A stretch of DNA of 64,000 bases. Origin: an uncultured Actinomycetes bacterium. GTDB taxonomy: Bacteria > Actinomycetota > Thermoleophilia > Gaiellales > Gaiellaceae. Below, in pieces: positions 27,926 through 43,249 of this stretch. Made by a program: the position numbers and the translations under genes. The notes under the pieces are model-generated. The model was not told the origin of the DNA. It was given only the letters and a program-made list of their open reading frames with translations, and searched no databases. The DNA lies in assembly GCA_963769645.1 (NCBI GenBank), contig CAVYMH010000002.1, positions 512,903 to 576,902 of the forward strand, written 5' to 3'. The stretch's first letter is position 1; each line of letters opens with the position of its first letter.

Positions 27926-29804
27926 GACGCGATCCCGAGCGGACGTCGACCGCCTCCACCACCGTCTGGTAGGTGCCGTCCGGAACGGGCAGCCCGGCCA
28001 CCTGGCCGTTCCAGTCGACGAACCGGGCGCCGGGCCCGAAGCGGCCTGCGAGCAGGGTCGCCGTCGGAACCGCGCCCGAACGAACGGTGACGGTGACGTC
28101 GGCCTCCGCGGCCAGGGTGAAGGCGACGCGAACCGTGTCGGAGCGTCCGTCGGCGTTCGGCGAGAGGAAGCCCGGCAGCGACGAGACGAAGGACAGCGTC
28201 CGGTTCACCGAGACGGGCACGCTCGAGGCAACCTCCCGTCCGTCGAGGGTCTTCGCGGCGATCAGGACCGTGTAGCTGCCGTCCGCAAGCGCGTCGGCGA
28301 GCCAGCGGAACGACTGCGCGCCGGACGGCTTCGTCTCGCTGAAGAGCGTGGCGATGGCGATCCCGTCGGCGTCGAGCACGGTGGCCGTGACGGTGGCAGG
28401 AGCACCGAGCGTGTAGCGGATCGTCGTCGAGTCGGCGAAACCGTCACCGTTGGGGCTGACCGACCCCGGCTGGGCGGAGAGCGCGGAGAGCATGAGCGCG
28501 CTGCCCGTTCCGGCCACGACCGAGCCCGTCGCCGGGCGAAGCGTCGGGCCTGCCTGGATCGTCCACGAGTAGCGTCCCGCAGACGCAGCCCGCGCATCCC
28601 AGGTCCAGTCGACGCGCGGCCCGAACCCGCCGCCCGCGGCGACCTGGGTTCCGAGGGAATCTGCAACGGTCACCGTCCAGGGGATCGGTGCGGTCAGCCG
28701 GCCGGTGAAGCGGACCCGCCCGCCGGTCAGGGTGGCAGCCGGGGAGTACAGCTTGGGCAGGCCCGTGAGCGAGACCGCCCGTGCAAGCAGATTGAGCTGG
28801 CCGTAGACGATCGAGCCCGGGCAGCTGGTGAAGCCGACGTCGCGGTGACCCGAGATCGGGCGGAGGAGGACGGGAACGCCGGTGGGAAAGCGTGGGTTGC
28901 CGCCCGAGGGCATGCTCAGCGCCGTGAGCGGATCGACGTGGGCGACGTCCAGCCGCCAGGCGAGCACCCGCACGAGCGCGCTGCGCGCCTCGGCGCTGAG
29001 TGCCATCGAGTCGTAGTTGCCGAGGAGCGCCACTCCGACGGAGCCGGTGTTGAAACCCTGCGCGTGGGCGCCGATCACGTTGCGCTCGATCCCGCCGAAC
29101 CGGCCCTCGAAGACCTGGCCGTAGCGGTCGACGAGAAAGTTGTAGCCGACGTCGTCCCATCCGTTTCCACGCACGTGGTAGAGCTGGATCGCGCGCACCA
29201 CCGCCGGCGACTGGGCCTTCGTGTACGAGTTCGACCCGGCCGAGTGGTGAACGACGGCGAACCGCAACGCGCTCGCGTAGCGGGGCGCGCCGCGGCGAAT
29301 CGAATCACTCGCGCGCCACGCCGACCGCGTCACGATCGCGGGCGAGCTCGCCGTCGCGAGCGCACGCGGAGGCGAGCTGTCGACCGGGCTCCACACGTAA
29401 TGCGCGCGTAGCCGAGTCACGCGTCCGCGGGTCCGGTACTGGATCCGGTCCGAGCCGCCGGTCCAGTAGGGGTTGCCGAGCTTCCAGCGCCCTTGCCGCG
29501 CTCGCTCGGCGGTGCGTGGGTCAGGCCCGTCCTCGGCCTCGGGCGCGGCAACCCGCCAGCGGCTCCACCGGCCGGCCAGGCTGCGCGTGCGGAAGCTGAC
29601 CGTGCCCGGGCCCTGCCAGTGCAGGCCCACGAGGTTGAAGCGCTCGGGTGCCTTCGCCGCCGCGAGCATGCGTGAGCCCGCGACCGGAAGCTCGCGGGTG
29701 ACAAGCGTGGCGTCCTCCGCCCACGCCGTCGCCGGGAAGGCGAGGAGCAGGAGGAGTCCTAGGCTCACTAGTAGTGACCGCACAGTCGTCCTCTCGAAGG
29801 ACAC
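27918..29804 (-). CDS. secreted N-acetylmuramoyl-L-alanine amidase (Amidase_2/PGRP domain) with C-terminal FlgD-Ig-like repeats
   Basis: 628 aa with a signal peptide. AVVHHSAGSNSYT...YHVRGNGWDDVGYNFLVDRYGQVFEGR...GAHAQGFNTGSVGVALLGNY...HRDVGFTSCPG. Then two SPNGDG/SPNADG...TLG..A.VT.TV.D Ig-like modules. Confidence 0.85.
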   Translation of the reverse strand: MSFERTTVRSLLVSLGLLLLLAFPATAWAEDATLVTRELPVAGSRMLAAAKAPERFNLVGLHWQGPGTVSFRTRSLAGRWSRWRVAAPEAEDGPDPRTAERARQGRWKLGNPYWTGGSDRIQYRTRGRVTRLRAHYVWSPVDSSPPRALATASSPAIVTRSAWRASDSIRRGAPRYASALRFAVVHHSAGSNSYTKAQSPAVVRAIQLYHVRGNGWDDVGYNFLVDRYGQVFEGRFGGIERNVIGAHAQGFNTGSVGVALLGNYDSMALSAEARSALVRVLAWRLDVAHVDPLTALSMPSGGNPRFPTGVPVLLRPISGHRDVGFTSCPGSIVYGQLNLLARAVSLTGLPKLYSPAATLTGGRVRFTGRLTAPIPWTVTVADSLGTQVAAGGGFGPRVDWTWDARAASAGRYSWTIQAGPTLRPATGSVVAGTGSALMLSALSAQPGSVSPNGDGFADSTTIRYTLGAPATVTATVLDADGIAIATLFSETKPSGAQSFRWLADALADGSYTVLIAAKTLDGREVASSVPVSVNRTLSFVSSLPGFLSPNADGRSDTVRVAFTLAAEADVTVTVRSGAVPTATLLAGRFGPGARFVDWNGQVAGLPVPDGTYQTVVEAVDVRSGSRHR

Positions 29805-29854
29805 TAGCTTCGCTCCAAGGACGGCGACCCCTCGCTGATAGAATCTTTACACCC

Positions 29855-31179
29855 GTGAAAAGGCCGTATCTGCGGGCTTTTTGGGCCTCGCTGGTCGTGG
29901 CCGCTAGCCTCCTCTTCGCCGGAGTCGCCGAGGGCGCGGCACCGCGGGTCCTGGCGGTCGAGTTCGAGAACGACGTCAACCCCGTCACGGCCGACTACGT
30001 CACCGACCAGATCGAGCGGGCGAACGACGAGGGCTACGACGCCGTGGTGATCCTGCTCGACACGCCGGGCGGCCTCTCGACCGCGATGAAGGACATCTAC
30101 CAGGCCGAGCTCGCGTCCACGACCCCCGTGCTCGTCTACGTCTCCCCCGACGGCGCGCGGGCTGCCTCCGCCGGCGTCTGGATCGTGCAGGCGGGCGACC
30201 TCGCGGCCATGGCGCCGAGCACCAACATCGGCTCCTCGACGCCCGTCGCCTCCGGCGGCGGCGAGATCCCGAGCGACCTGCGCCGCAAGGCGATCAACGA
30301 CGCTGCCAAGTCGCTGCGTGCGCTCGCCGAGACGCACGGGCGCAACGGCGACTGGGCCGAGCAGGCCGTGCGCAAGGCGGACAACCTGACCGCCGCAGGA
30401 GGCGCTCGACCAGAACGTGATCGACGTGATCGCGCCGACGCTGCCCGCGTTGCTCGAGGAGGTCGACGGGCGGACAACGAAGCCCGACGGCAAGGTGCTC
30501 CGGACGGCCGGCGCCGAGATCGAACAGGTCGAGATGGGCCTCTGGAAGTCGCTCCTCGACCTGCTCGTCGACCCGAACCTGATCGCCCTGATGCTCTCGA
30601 TCGGCGTGCTCGGGATCGTGGTCGAGCTCTGGAACCCGGGCCTCGTCTTCCCGGGCACGGTCGGCGCGATCTCGTTGATCGTCGGGCTGTTCGGACTCCA
30701 AGTGCTGCCGATCAGCGTCGCCGGCCTGCTGCTGATGCTGCTCGCGATTCGGCTTCTTCGCCGCCGAGGCCTTCATCGTCAGCCACGGCGCGCTCGCGCT
30801 CGCCGGCGCGGTCTGCTTCTTCTTCGGGTCGCTGATGCTGTTCGACCCCGCCGGCGAGGCGTACCAGGTCTCGACGGGCGTGGCGCTCGCGTTCGCGATC
30901 ACGCTCGCGCTGCTGTTCGGGCTGGCCGCGGCCAAGATCGTGAAGGTGCGGCGCACCCGGCCGCAGACCGGGCAGGAGGATCTCCTGGGTCAGGAGGGCG
31001 TCGTGCGGCGGTCGCTCGATCCCGACCGGCTACGTCCTCGTCCACGGCGAGCTCTGGCAGGCCCGGCCCGACGCGGCTCGCCGATCCCGGCCGGCGAGCA
31101 CGTCGAGGTGACCGGCATCGACGACGACCTCGTGCTCGAGGTCCGTCCGGCCGAGCGCCCGGCCCCGGTCGAGGCGTAG
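29855..31179 (+). CDS. NfeD-like membrane-bound ClpP-class serine protease, about 3 apparent frameshifts
   Basis: VKRPYLRAFWASLVVAASLLF...AVVILLDTPGGLSTAMKDIY...VYVSPDGARAASAGVWIV. The membrane domain follows in ORF 30417.. (IALMLSIGVLGIVVELWNPGLVFPG), and the C-terminal OB-fold in ORF 30835..31179 (GQEGVVRRSL...GEHVEVTGIDDDLVLEVRP). Confidence 0.7.
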
Positions 31180-31195
31180 GATCCCGGCGTGACCT

Positions 31196-31945
31196 GTGCT
31201 CATCGCCGCCGGCGCGATCGCGGTCCTGCTGATCCTCGTGCTGTCCGCGTCCGTTCGCGTCGCGAGAGAGTACGAGCGCGGCGTGATCTTCCGGCTCGGC
31301 CGCCTGCTCTCGCCGCCGAAGGGGCCTGGTCTGTTCCTGCTCATCCCCGTGATCGACAAGATGGTCCGGGTCGACCTGCGAACGGTGACGTTGAACGTCC
31401 CGCCGCAGGAGGTGATCACCAAGGACAACGTGCCGGTGCGCGTGAACGCGGTCGCGTACTTCAGGATCATCGACCCCGAGAAGGCGATCGTCCAGGTCGA
31501 GAACTACATGGTCGCGACCTCGCAGATCGCGCAGACGACGCTCCGCAGCGTGCTCGGCCAGCACCAGCTCGACGAGCTCCTGTCCGAGCGGGACAAGATC
31601 AACGAGATCCTGCAGCGGATCATCGACGAGGCCACCTCGCCGTGGGGGATCAAGGTCTCGATCGTCGAGGTCAAGGACGTCGAGATCCCGAGCGGCATGC
31701 AGCGGGCGATGGCCCGCCAGGCCGAGGCCGAGCGCGAGCGGCGCGCGAAGGTGATCGCCGCCGAAGGCGAGTTCCAGGCCTCGGAACGGCTGAAGGACGC
31801 GGCCCAGGTGCTGTCCGAGAACCCGATGTCCCTGCAGCTCCGCTACCTGCAGACGATGCTGGAGATGAGCTCCGAGCGGACGTCGACGCTGATCCTGCCG
31901 CTGCCGATCGAGCTGATCGGGCCGATGCTCGGCCGCCGGGAAGAG
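31196..31945 (+). CDS. SPFH/band-7 (stomatin/slipin family) protein
   Basis: [72 protein letters not shown]...[11 protein letters not shown]...[18 protein letters not shown]...[12 protein letters not shown]. The 3' end is approximate; the ORF continues in the wrong frame through galT. Confidence 0.8.
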
Positions 31946-32806
31946 ACGACTGAGCAACGAGCTGCGCCGCGACCCGCTCTCGGGCAGGACCGTGGTGATC
32001 GCGCCCGGCCGGGCACGGCGGCCGGGAGCGTTCCTCGGCGCGATCGAGGATCCGACGCCCGAGGAGCTCGAGTCCTGTCCGTTCTGTGCAGGGCGCGAGG
32101 ACCGCACGCCGCCGCAGGAGCTCGTGCTGCCCGAAGCACGGGCAGTGGACGGTGCGGGTCGTGCCGAACCTCTACCCAGCCCTCGAGCGCCAGGAGGTCG
32201 TCGTCCACTCGCCGCGCCACGTGCGCACGTTCGCCGAAGCTCGAGGACGCCGAGCTCGACCTGGTCGCAGACGCCTGGCGCCGGCGTTTCGCAGCGGCCG
32301 GCGAGCGAGGGTTTCCCGTACGTGCACGCGATGATCAACGAGGGCCGCTTCGCCGGCGCGAGCCTGGCGCACTCGCATTCGCAGCTGATCTGGCTGCGCG
32401 AGCCGCCCCCCGCCGTCGCGCGGGAGCAGGCCGATGGCGGACTGCGCCGTCTGCCGGCTGGTCGGCGAGCCGGTCTGCTCGTAGGCGGAGGCAAGGGGAG
32501 ATCGCGGCGATCTGCCACCCGGCGGGGCGCGCGCCCTTCGAGCTGCTGATCGCGCCGCGCACGCACGATCCCGAGGCGGCGGACGACCTGGGCGGCGCGC
32601 TCCAGCTTCTCCGCGACTCGGTTCGGCGTCTGCGCAAGCTCGAGGGCCCCGTCCCGTGGAACGCGTGGCTGCACCAGGGGGCTCACTGGCACCTCGAGGT
32701 CGTGCCGAGGCTGACCGTCTTTGCCGGCCTCGAGCTCGGAGCCGAGATCTACGTCAACGTCGTCGCGCCCGAGAGCGCGGCGGAAGCGCTGAGAAGCGCG
32801 CTCTAG
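31945..32806 (+). CDS. galT: galactose-1-phosphate uridylyltransferase-like (HIT superfamily) protein, at least 4 apparent frameshifts
   Basis: [23 protein letters not shown]...CPFCAGRE | [13 protein letters not shown]...VVVHSPRH | [15 protein letters not shown] | [28 protein letters not shown] | ...[33 protein letters not shown]. The segments lie in alternating frames and the start is uncertain. Confidence 0.6.
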
Positions 32807-32808
32807 AC

Positions 32809-33133
32809 CTACAGGGTCGCTGCGAAGGCTTCGGCAGAGCGGTCGCGCGGATTGAGCTCGCGGAACCGGCGCGCGGCCTCGATGGCAGCGCCGAGGTTGA
32901 GGCCCTTGTCCTTGGCCTGCTTGATCAGCATGACCGTCTCGACCGCGTCCATGTCGTAGATGCGCTGCTTCTTTCCCTTGGTGGGGATCTGGGCCTTGTT
33001 CGTCCAGTAGTCGAGCTGCATCTTCGAGATGCCGGCGATCTGGCAGACCTGCCCGAGGTAGAGCTCCACCTTCTCCAGGTGGTCGCTCAGATTTATCGGT
33101 TCAAGAAGGTCAACCTGCGTGCTAACAGCCATA
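32809..33133 (-). CDS. small MerR-type HTH DNA-binding protein (107 aa)
   Basis: MAVSTQVDLLEPINLSDHLEKVELYLGQVCQIAGISKMQLDYWTNKAQIP (HTH). A GAAGGG RBS precedes the ATG, and a TTGAGA-N18-TATACC promoter-like element lies upstream. GC content is markedly lower (about 60%) than the surroundings. Confidence 0.55.
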
Positions 33134-33248
33134 GCAACCCTTCGGTGGATGGGGCGGCCCCGCACGCAAGGTATAGCGCGCAGCTAGCCGTTTCTCAAGG
33201 GTTAACCGTCCGAAAACGAAACAAAAATGCTGTTCGGAGCGGAAAATC

Positions 33249-38220
<4,972 letters not shown>

Positions 38221-38248
38221 TTAGTGCCACTTCGGGGCGGTTCTCAGT

Positions 38249-38719
38249 TTACCAAACGGACCGGCCGTCACCGGCCCTGGAAAGACTTGCAGCAGCGGCC
38301 TTCGCAACCTGCTCGCGGAGCTCCTCGTCGGCGATTCCGGCCGCGAGCTCCGCACCCCGCCTGAGCTGCTCGGGTGTGACCGGAGCCGGGACCGGCTCGG
38401 CGGCCTCGGCTGCCTCCAGCGTAGCCTCCGGAATCGGCCCCGCGACGAACCGCGCGGCCTTCAAGCCCTTGTCCAGACGGCCGAGAATCTCGGTCGAGCG
38501 CTGGCCGAGCTCGAACGCCCAGACGGCGTCCTTGGTGTTGACGACGAGCGTTCCGTCCCGGGCGATGCGAGCCGGCCAGGCGTTCCGGGCGACGAGGTCG
38601 CCGACCGCCGCCGGCCAGGCCTCGACGACTTCGCCGAGCCGGCCCGCGTCGCCGAAGCGCGCGAGCTGACGGCGGACGGCGCCGCCGATCCGCTCGGGCT
38701 CACGCCACGCGCGCGGCAC
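38249..38719 (-). CDS. DUF721 (DciA-like) protein conserved between recF and gyrB
   Basis: 156 aa, at the conserved synteny position. ...NAWPARIARDGTLVVNTKDAVWAFEL... Confidence 0.7.
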   Translation of the reverse strand: MPRAWREPERIGGAVRRQLARFGDAGRLGEVVEAWPAAVGDLVARNAWPARIARDGTLVVNTKDAVWAFELGQRSTEILGRLDKGLKAARFVAGPIPEATLEAAEAAEPVPAPVTPEQLRRGAELAAGIADEELREQVAKAAAASLSRAGDGRSVW

Positions 38720-39770
38720 CGGGCGTCACCTCGATCAGCTGGTCGGGCCCCGCAGGCAGCGAGTCGGCGCTCGTCGCCGTCACGAATGTCTGCCCGCTGC
38801 CCCGGATCCGCTCGGCCAGGATGCGGCGGCGGCGCTCGTCCAGCTCGGAGAGGACGTCGTCCAGGAGCAGCAACGGAGTCTGTCCGCGACCGGCCAGCAG
38901 CTCGTACTCGGCGAGGAGGAGCGACAACACCGCCAGACGCTGCTCGCCCTGGGAGCCGAAGGCACGCAGCTCGCGCGTTCCAGACGCGATCGTGACGTCG
39001 TCGAGGTGCGGGCCGAGCCCGGTGACACCGCGTTCGAGATCCTTCGCCACCCTGGACTCGAGTGCCTCGACCGTCAGCGGCTCGCCCGCGTACTCGACAC
39101 GGCCGTCGGGCAGGCCCAGCTCGCCCGCTCGCTCCTCGAAATGCGGGGCGAGCTCATCGATCGCCTCGGTCCGGGCCCGGGCGAGCTGAGCCCCGAGCTC
39201 GGCGACCCGCTCGGTCCAGGGAGCGAGCGCATCCGGCGCCGGAGAACCCTGCCGCCACGCGGCGAAGCGACGCGTTCCGCTGTGCCACGGCCGCGCCGTA
39301 CTCGGCCGAGAGGCCGGCCCGCGGACGGCGACAGCCGACCGAGCACGCGGTCGAAGTAGGCGCGCCGGGCGCGCGGGCGACCCCTTGACGACGGCGAGCC
39401 GGTCCGGAGTGAAGACGAGCGTGGCCACCTCGGAGCGGAGCTGCTCGGCAGCGCGTAGCGGCGTGCCGTTCATGCGCGCCTGCTTGCCCTCGCCCGGCCG
39501 TAGCGTGACCTGCAGCTCGAGCGGTACGCCGGCACGTGCGCCTCGAAGCTCGACCCGGGCAGCGGACTCGCCGAAGCGGACGAGCTGCGCATCGGTCCGG
39601 GTACGCGGCGAGAAGCCCTGCGTCCCGACGTGCAAGCGACTCGAGCAGGTTCGTCTTGCCGGCCCCGTTGGGCCCGACCGCGAGCACGAGACCCGGCTCG
39701 AGGCCGAGCTCGAGGTTCGCGTACGAGCGGAACTGACGGAGGGTGAGCGTCCCGACGATCAGGCTGAGGC
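38700..39770 (-). CDS. recF: DNA replication and repair protein RecF, at least 4 apparent frameshifts
   Basis: LTLRQFRSYANLELGLEPGLVLAVGPNGAGKTNLLES (Walker A) | HVGTQGFSPRTRTDAQLVRFGESAARVEL...RMNGTPL...LVFTPDRLAVVKG | ...QRNASLRR... | ...LLLLDDVLSELDERRRRIL...GQTFVTAT. The segments are in shifting frames. Confidence 0.8.
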
Positions 39771-39783
39771 GCCGGCTACGGCG

Positions 39784-40890
39784 CTAGCCCGCGAGCCGGA
39801 TCGGCATGATCAGGTAGGAGAAGTCGCCCTCGGCGTTCTGGATCAAGCCCGGGCCGCAGTGGGCTGATCAGCTTGAGCTGCAGCTCGTCCTCGTCGACCG
39901 ACTCGACGCCCTCCTTCAGGAACTCCGGGTTGAAGCCGATCTCGAGCGGCTCGCCGGCGAATGCGACCGGAAGCGACTCGATCGCCTCGCCCACGTCCTG
40001 CGTGCGAGCCGAGATCGTCAGCTCGCCCTCGGCGAAGCGCAGGCGCAGAGGCGAGTTGCGCTGCGCCATGACCGCGGTGCGGCGGACGACCTCGAGCAGC
40101 TCCTCCCGCGGCAGCGAGAGCTCGTGCTCGAAGGTCTCGGGCAGCAGCTGCTTGTAGTTCGGGAACTGACCGTCGATGCGGCGCGTCGTCAACCAGACGC
40201 CGTCCGATGCCGAACACGACCTGGTTGTTCTCGTGGACGCCCAGCGTCGAGCTCGTCGCCGCCCTGCGCGATCCGGCCGAGCTCCGCGAGCGCCTTGGCC
40301 GGCACGATCGCCTCGAAGTCCGGCGTCTCGCCCTCGACCTCGGTCTCCTTGACGCTCAGCCTGTACGAGTCGGTCGCGGCCATCGTCAGCTTCCCCGGCT
40401 CGAAGCGGACGAGGATGCCGGTGAGGACGGGGCGCGACTCGTCGCGCGAAGCGGCGCGGCCGACACGGGCGGCGGTCTCGAGCATCGCAGCGCGGTCGAC
40501 GGGGACGAACTGCACCTTCGTGATGTCCGGAAGCTGCGGGAAGTCCTCCGGGTTGTAGGTGTGGAGCTTGTAGGTCGCCGTGCCGCAGGTGAGGACGACC
40601 GCTGCCCTCCTCCGGACGGTGCTCGAGCGAGACGTCCGCGTCGGGCAGCAGCCGCACGATGTCGACGAACGTCTTGCCGGGAACGACGACGACGCCCTCG
40701 TCTCCCACCTCCGTCTCGAACGACGAGCGCAGCGAGAGCTCCATGTCCGTCGCGGCGAGCTCGAGCCGCCCGCCGGCAGGCGGTGAGCCTGACGCCCGGA
40801 GAGGATCTGAACCGTCATGCGCGTCGACACAGCACGGGAGACGACGCCCAGGTGGCGCAGGAGCTCGTCACGAGTGCAGGTGATCTTCAT
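39784..40890 (-). CDS. dnaN: DNA polymerase III beta sliding clamp, about 5 apparent frameshifts
   Basis: MKITCTRDELLRHLGVVSRAVSTRMTVQILSG | MELSLRSSFETEVGDEGVVVVPGKTFVDIVRLLP | TYKLHTYNPEDFPQLPD...RPVLTGILVRFEPGKLTMAATDSYRLSV | RIDGQFPNYKQLLP...SPLRLRFAEGELTISA...EPLEIGFNPEFL | LISPLRPGLIQNAEGDFSYLIMPIRLAG. Confidence 0.85.
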
Positions 40891-41077
40891 CCCCGTTCCA
40901 ACAGCTGTCATCGACTTCAATCATTTAAATCCTCTCAGTAGTAGTACTAGGAGTGTGGAGGACGGGGAAGACGGCGTTGAGGCGCATGGCTCGCGCGCTT
41001 TCTCCTGGGGGCGGCGAATGGGGAAAAACGGAGGTTGTCGACAGCCCTCCGCGCGAGCTCGCCGGCCGTCCACACAA
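40891..41077. other. putative oriC segment (dnaA-dnaN intergenic): AT-rich DNA unwinding element plus DnaA-box-like motifs
   Basis: CATCGACTTCAATCATTTAAATCCTCTCAGTAGTAGTACTAGG (40909..40950) is by far the most AT-rich stretch in the window. The motifs TGTGGAGG (40953), TCCACACA (41068..41075) and TTGTACACA follow. Confidence 0.5.
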
Positions 41078-42443
41078 TCACCGTGCCTGCTTGATACGTG
41101 CGGTCAACTCTTGCACCAGGTTGTACACAGAGCGGTCCTCGCGAATCAGGCGCGCGATCTTGGAGGTCGCGTGGATCACGGTGGTGTGGTCGCGGCCGCC
41201 GAACTGGCGCCCGATCTTGGGGAGCGACGAGTCCGTCAGCTCGCGCGAGAGGTACATCGCGACCTGGCGCGGGTAGACGATGTTCTGCGAGCGCTTCTCG
41301 CTGCAGAGCTCGTCGAGCGAGAGGCCGAAGCGCTCGATCACCGTCTCCTGGATCCGCTCGATCGAGACCTCGGCGGCCTCGCCCTGGGGGAAGACGTCGC
41401 GGAGCACGTCCTGCGCGAGGTCGACGGTCATGAGCCGGCCCGTCAGCGACGAGAACGCGACCACGCGCGTGAGCGCCCCCTCGAGCTCGCGGATGTTCGA
41501 CGACACGCGGCTGGCGATGAACGTCAGCACCTGTGGGTCGGGCACGTGGATCCCGTCGGTCTTGACGCGCTTGCGCAGGATGGCGATGCGCGTCTCCAGG
41601 TCGGGCGGCTGGATGTCGGTGAGCAGCCCCCACTCGAAGCGCGAGCGCAGCCGCTCCTCCAGCGTTCCGATCTCCCGCGGTGGGCGGTCGGAGGAGATCA
41701 CGATCTGCCGGCCGGCCTCGTAGAGCGAGTTGAAGGTGTGGAAGAACTCTTCCTGGATCCGCTCCTTGCCCTCGAGGAACTGGATGTCGTCGATCATCAG
41801 CAGGTCGTAGCTGCGGTAGCGCTGCTTGAAGCCCTCGATGCGCTTGTCGCGCAGCGAGTTGATGAAGTCGTTCATGAAGGTCTCGCTGGTGACGTAGCGC
41901 ACGGTGAGAGCGCTCGAGTGCTCGGCCACGTACTGGCCGACCGCTTGCAGCAGAGTGGGTCTTGCCGAGCCCGGTCCCGCCGTAGATGAAGAGCGGGTTG
42001 TACGCCTGGGCGGGGGCTTCGGCGACGGCGAGCGCAGCCGCGTGAGCGAAGCGATTCGACGAGCCGATCACGAACGAGTCGAAGGTGTACTTCGTGTTCA
42101 GGCCCTCGTAGGTCGTCTTCGGCGGCGGCCCGGGCTGTGGTGTGCCGGCGGTCTGGGCCGTGACCTCGTCACGCTCGCGCTCCTCCCGCACCTGGAGCCG
42201 GACGGGCCGCTCGTCGCCGGTGAACTCGCGTACGGCGGCCTGCACGAGACCGAGGAAATGAGCCTCGATCCAGTCGCGCGTGAAATCGTTCGGGACGGTG
42301 AGGACGACCGCCTCAGCGGACACCGCTCCACCGGCGACCTGGTCGAACCAGGTGCGGTAGGTCGTGTCGTTGAGCGCCTCCTTCAGCCGGTCGGCTACCT
42401 CGTTCCAGAGGTCCTCGGCTGTCAGCTCTCGCGGGCGCTCCAC
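41078..42443 (-). CDS. dnaA: chromosomal replication initiator DnaA, 1 apparent frameshift at about 41955
   Basis: GTG start [24 protein letters not shown]...[27 protein letters not shown]...[15 protein letters not shown] (Walker A) | [26 protein letters not shown]...[10 protein letters not shown]...DRPP...[14 protein letters not shown]...[36 protein letters not shown] (DnaA signature). Confidence 0.9.
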
Positions 42444-42519
42444 TACGGCGGCTCCAACTCCCCTGGCTCGGTGAAAAGAGCGGCGAGCATAGCAGCGTCT
42501 CCGAGGCCCTACAACGACT

Positions 42520-42680
42520 GTTTCTGTGGAGACTTCAGTGGACGATTTTCGGCGGTTTTGCAGGCAAAAGACCCGCATCCACACGGTTATCCACAGTTGG
42601 GGAAAGGAGGGCGCTCGTGCCGGTCGGAAGCCGCGCTCGGAGTGACTTCGACGGGTCGGCTTGCGACTGTGGAAACCGAA
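42520..42680. other. DnaA-box cluster (oriC part) between dnaA and rpmH
   Basis: A perfect TTATCCACA at 42587..42595, CATCCACAC at 42576..42584, TGTGGAAAC (complement GTTTCCACA) at 42668..42676, and TGTGGAGA at 42526..42533. Confidence 0.6.
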
Positions 42681-42751
42681 CCTGAAAAGTCCTCGTCTAT
42701 ACTGCTCGCCGTCCTCCGGGACACCTCTCCACTCATCTCCCTCTTCGGACT

Positions 42752-42886
42752 TTGAAGCGCACCTATCAACCCAACGTGCGTCGGCGAAAGCGCCGGCACG
42801 GCTTTCGAGCCCGGATGGCCACGCGCGCCGGCCAGGCGATCCTCAAGCGCCGCCGTGCGCGAGGCCGCAAGCGCCTGTCGGCCTGA
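42752..42886 (+). CDS. rpmH: 50S ribosomal protein L34
   Basis: TTG start; (M)[43 protein letters not shown], near-identical to bacterial L34. It is not in the ORF track (44 aa, non-ATG start). Confidence 0.85.
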   Translation: MKRTYQPNVRRRKRRHGFRARMATRAGQAILKRRRARGRKRLSA

Positions 42887-42900
42887 CGCCTTCCGCCCGA

Positions 42901-43249
42901 GTGCAGCGCCGCCACCGTCTCTCGCGCTCGCGTGACTTCGAGGCGGTCTATCGACACGGCCGCTCCTTCGCGAGCCGCTACCTCGTCCTGTACTGGTTCG
43001 CCCGCGAGGAGTCCGACGAGACCGAGCCGCGACTCGGGCTCGCCGTCCCCAAGTCCCTCGGCTCCGCGGTCACGCGGAACCGGCTCAAGCGCCAGCTCCG
43101 CGAGGCCTGGCGCGCCGGGCCTCGAGCGGGTGCCGCCGGGCCGCGACTATGTGCTGGTCGCACGCAGCGGCCTGCCCGAGGCCGTCGAGGCTCGCGGTCT
43201 CGACTGGCTGGGCGAGCGCATCGACGAAGTCCTGAGGCGGGCGACGTGA
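42901..43249 (+). CDS. rnpA: ribonuclease P protein component, 1 apparent frameshift at about 43110
   Basis: VQRRHRLSRSRDFEAVYRHGRSFASRYLVLYWF...RLGLAVPKSLGSAVTRNRLKRQLREAWR | ...RDYVLVARSGLPEA... Confidence 0.75.

Noticed and set aside
27114-29411. 765-aa ORF taken as a single gene
   Set aside because: Only the first about 0.8 kb is birA (with frame changes). The remainder is antisense of the amidase gene.
29805-29855. CACTAGTAGTG near-palindrome in the amidase/nfeD divergent region
   Set aside because: The reverse complement is not identical (CACTACTAGTG). Only the ACTAGT hexamer is palindromic, which is too weak to call an operator.
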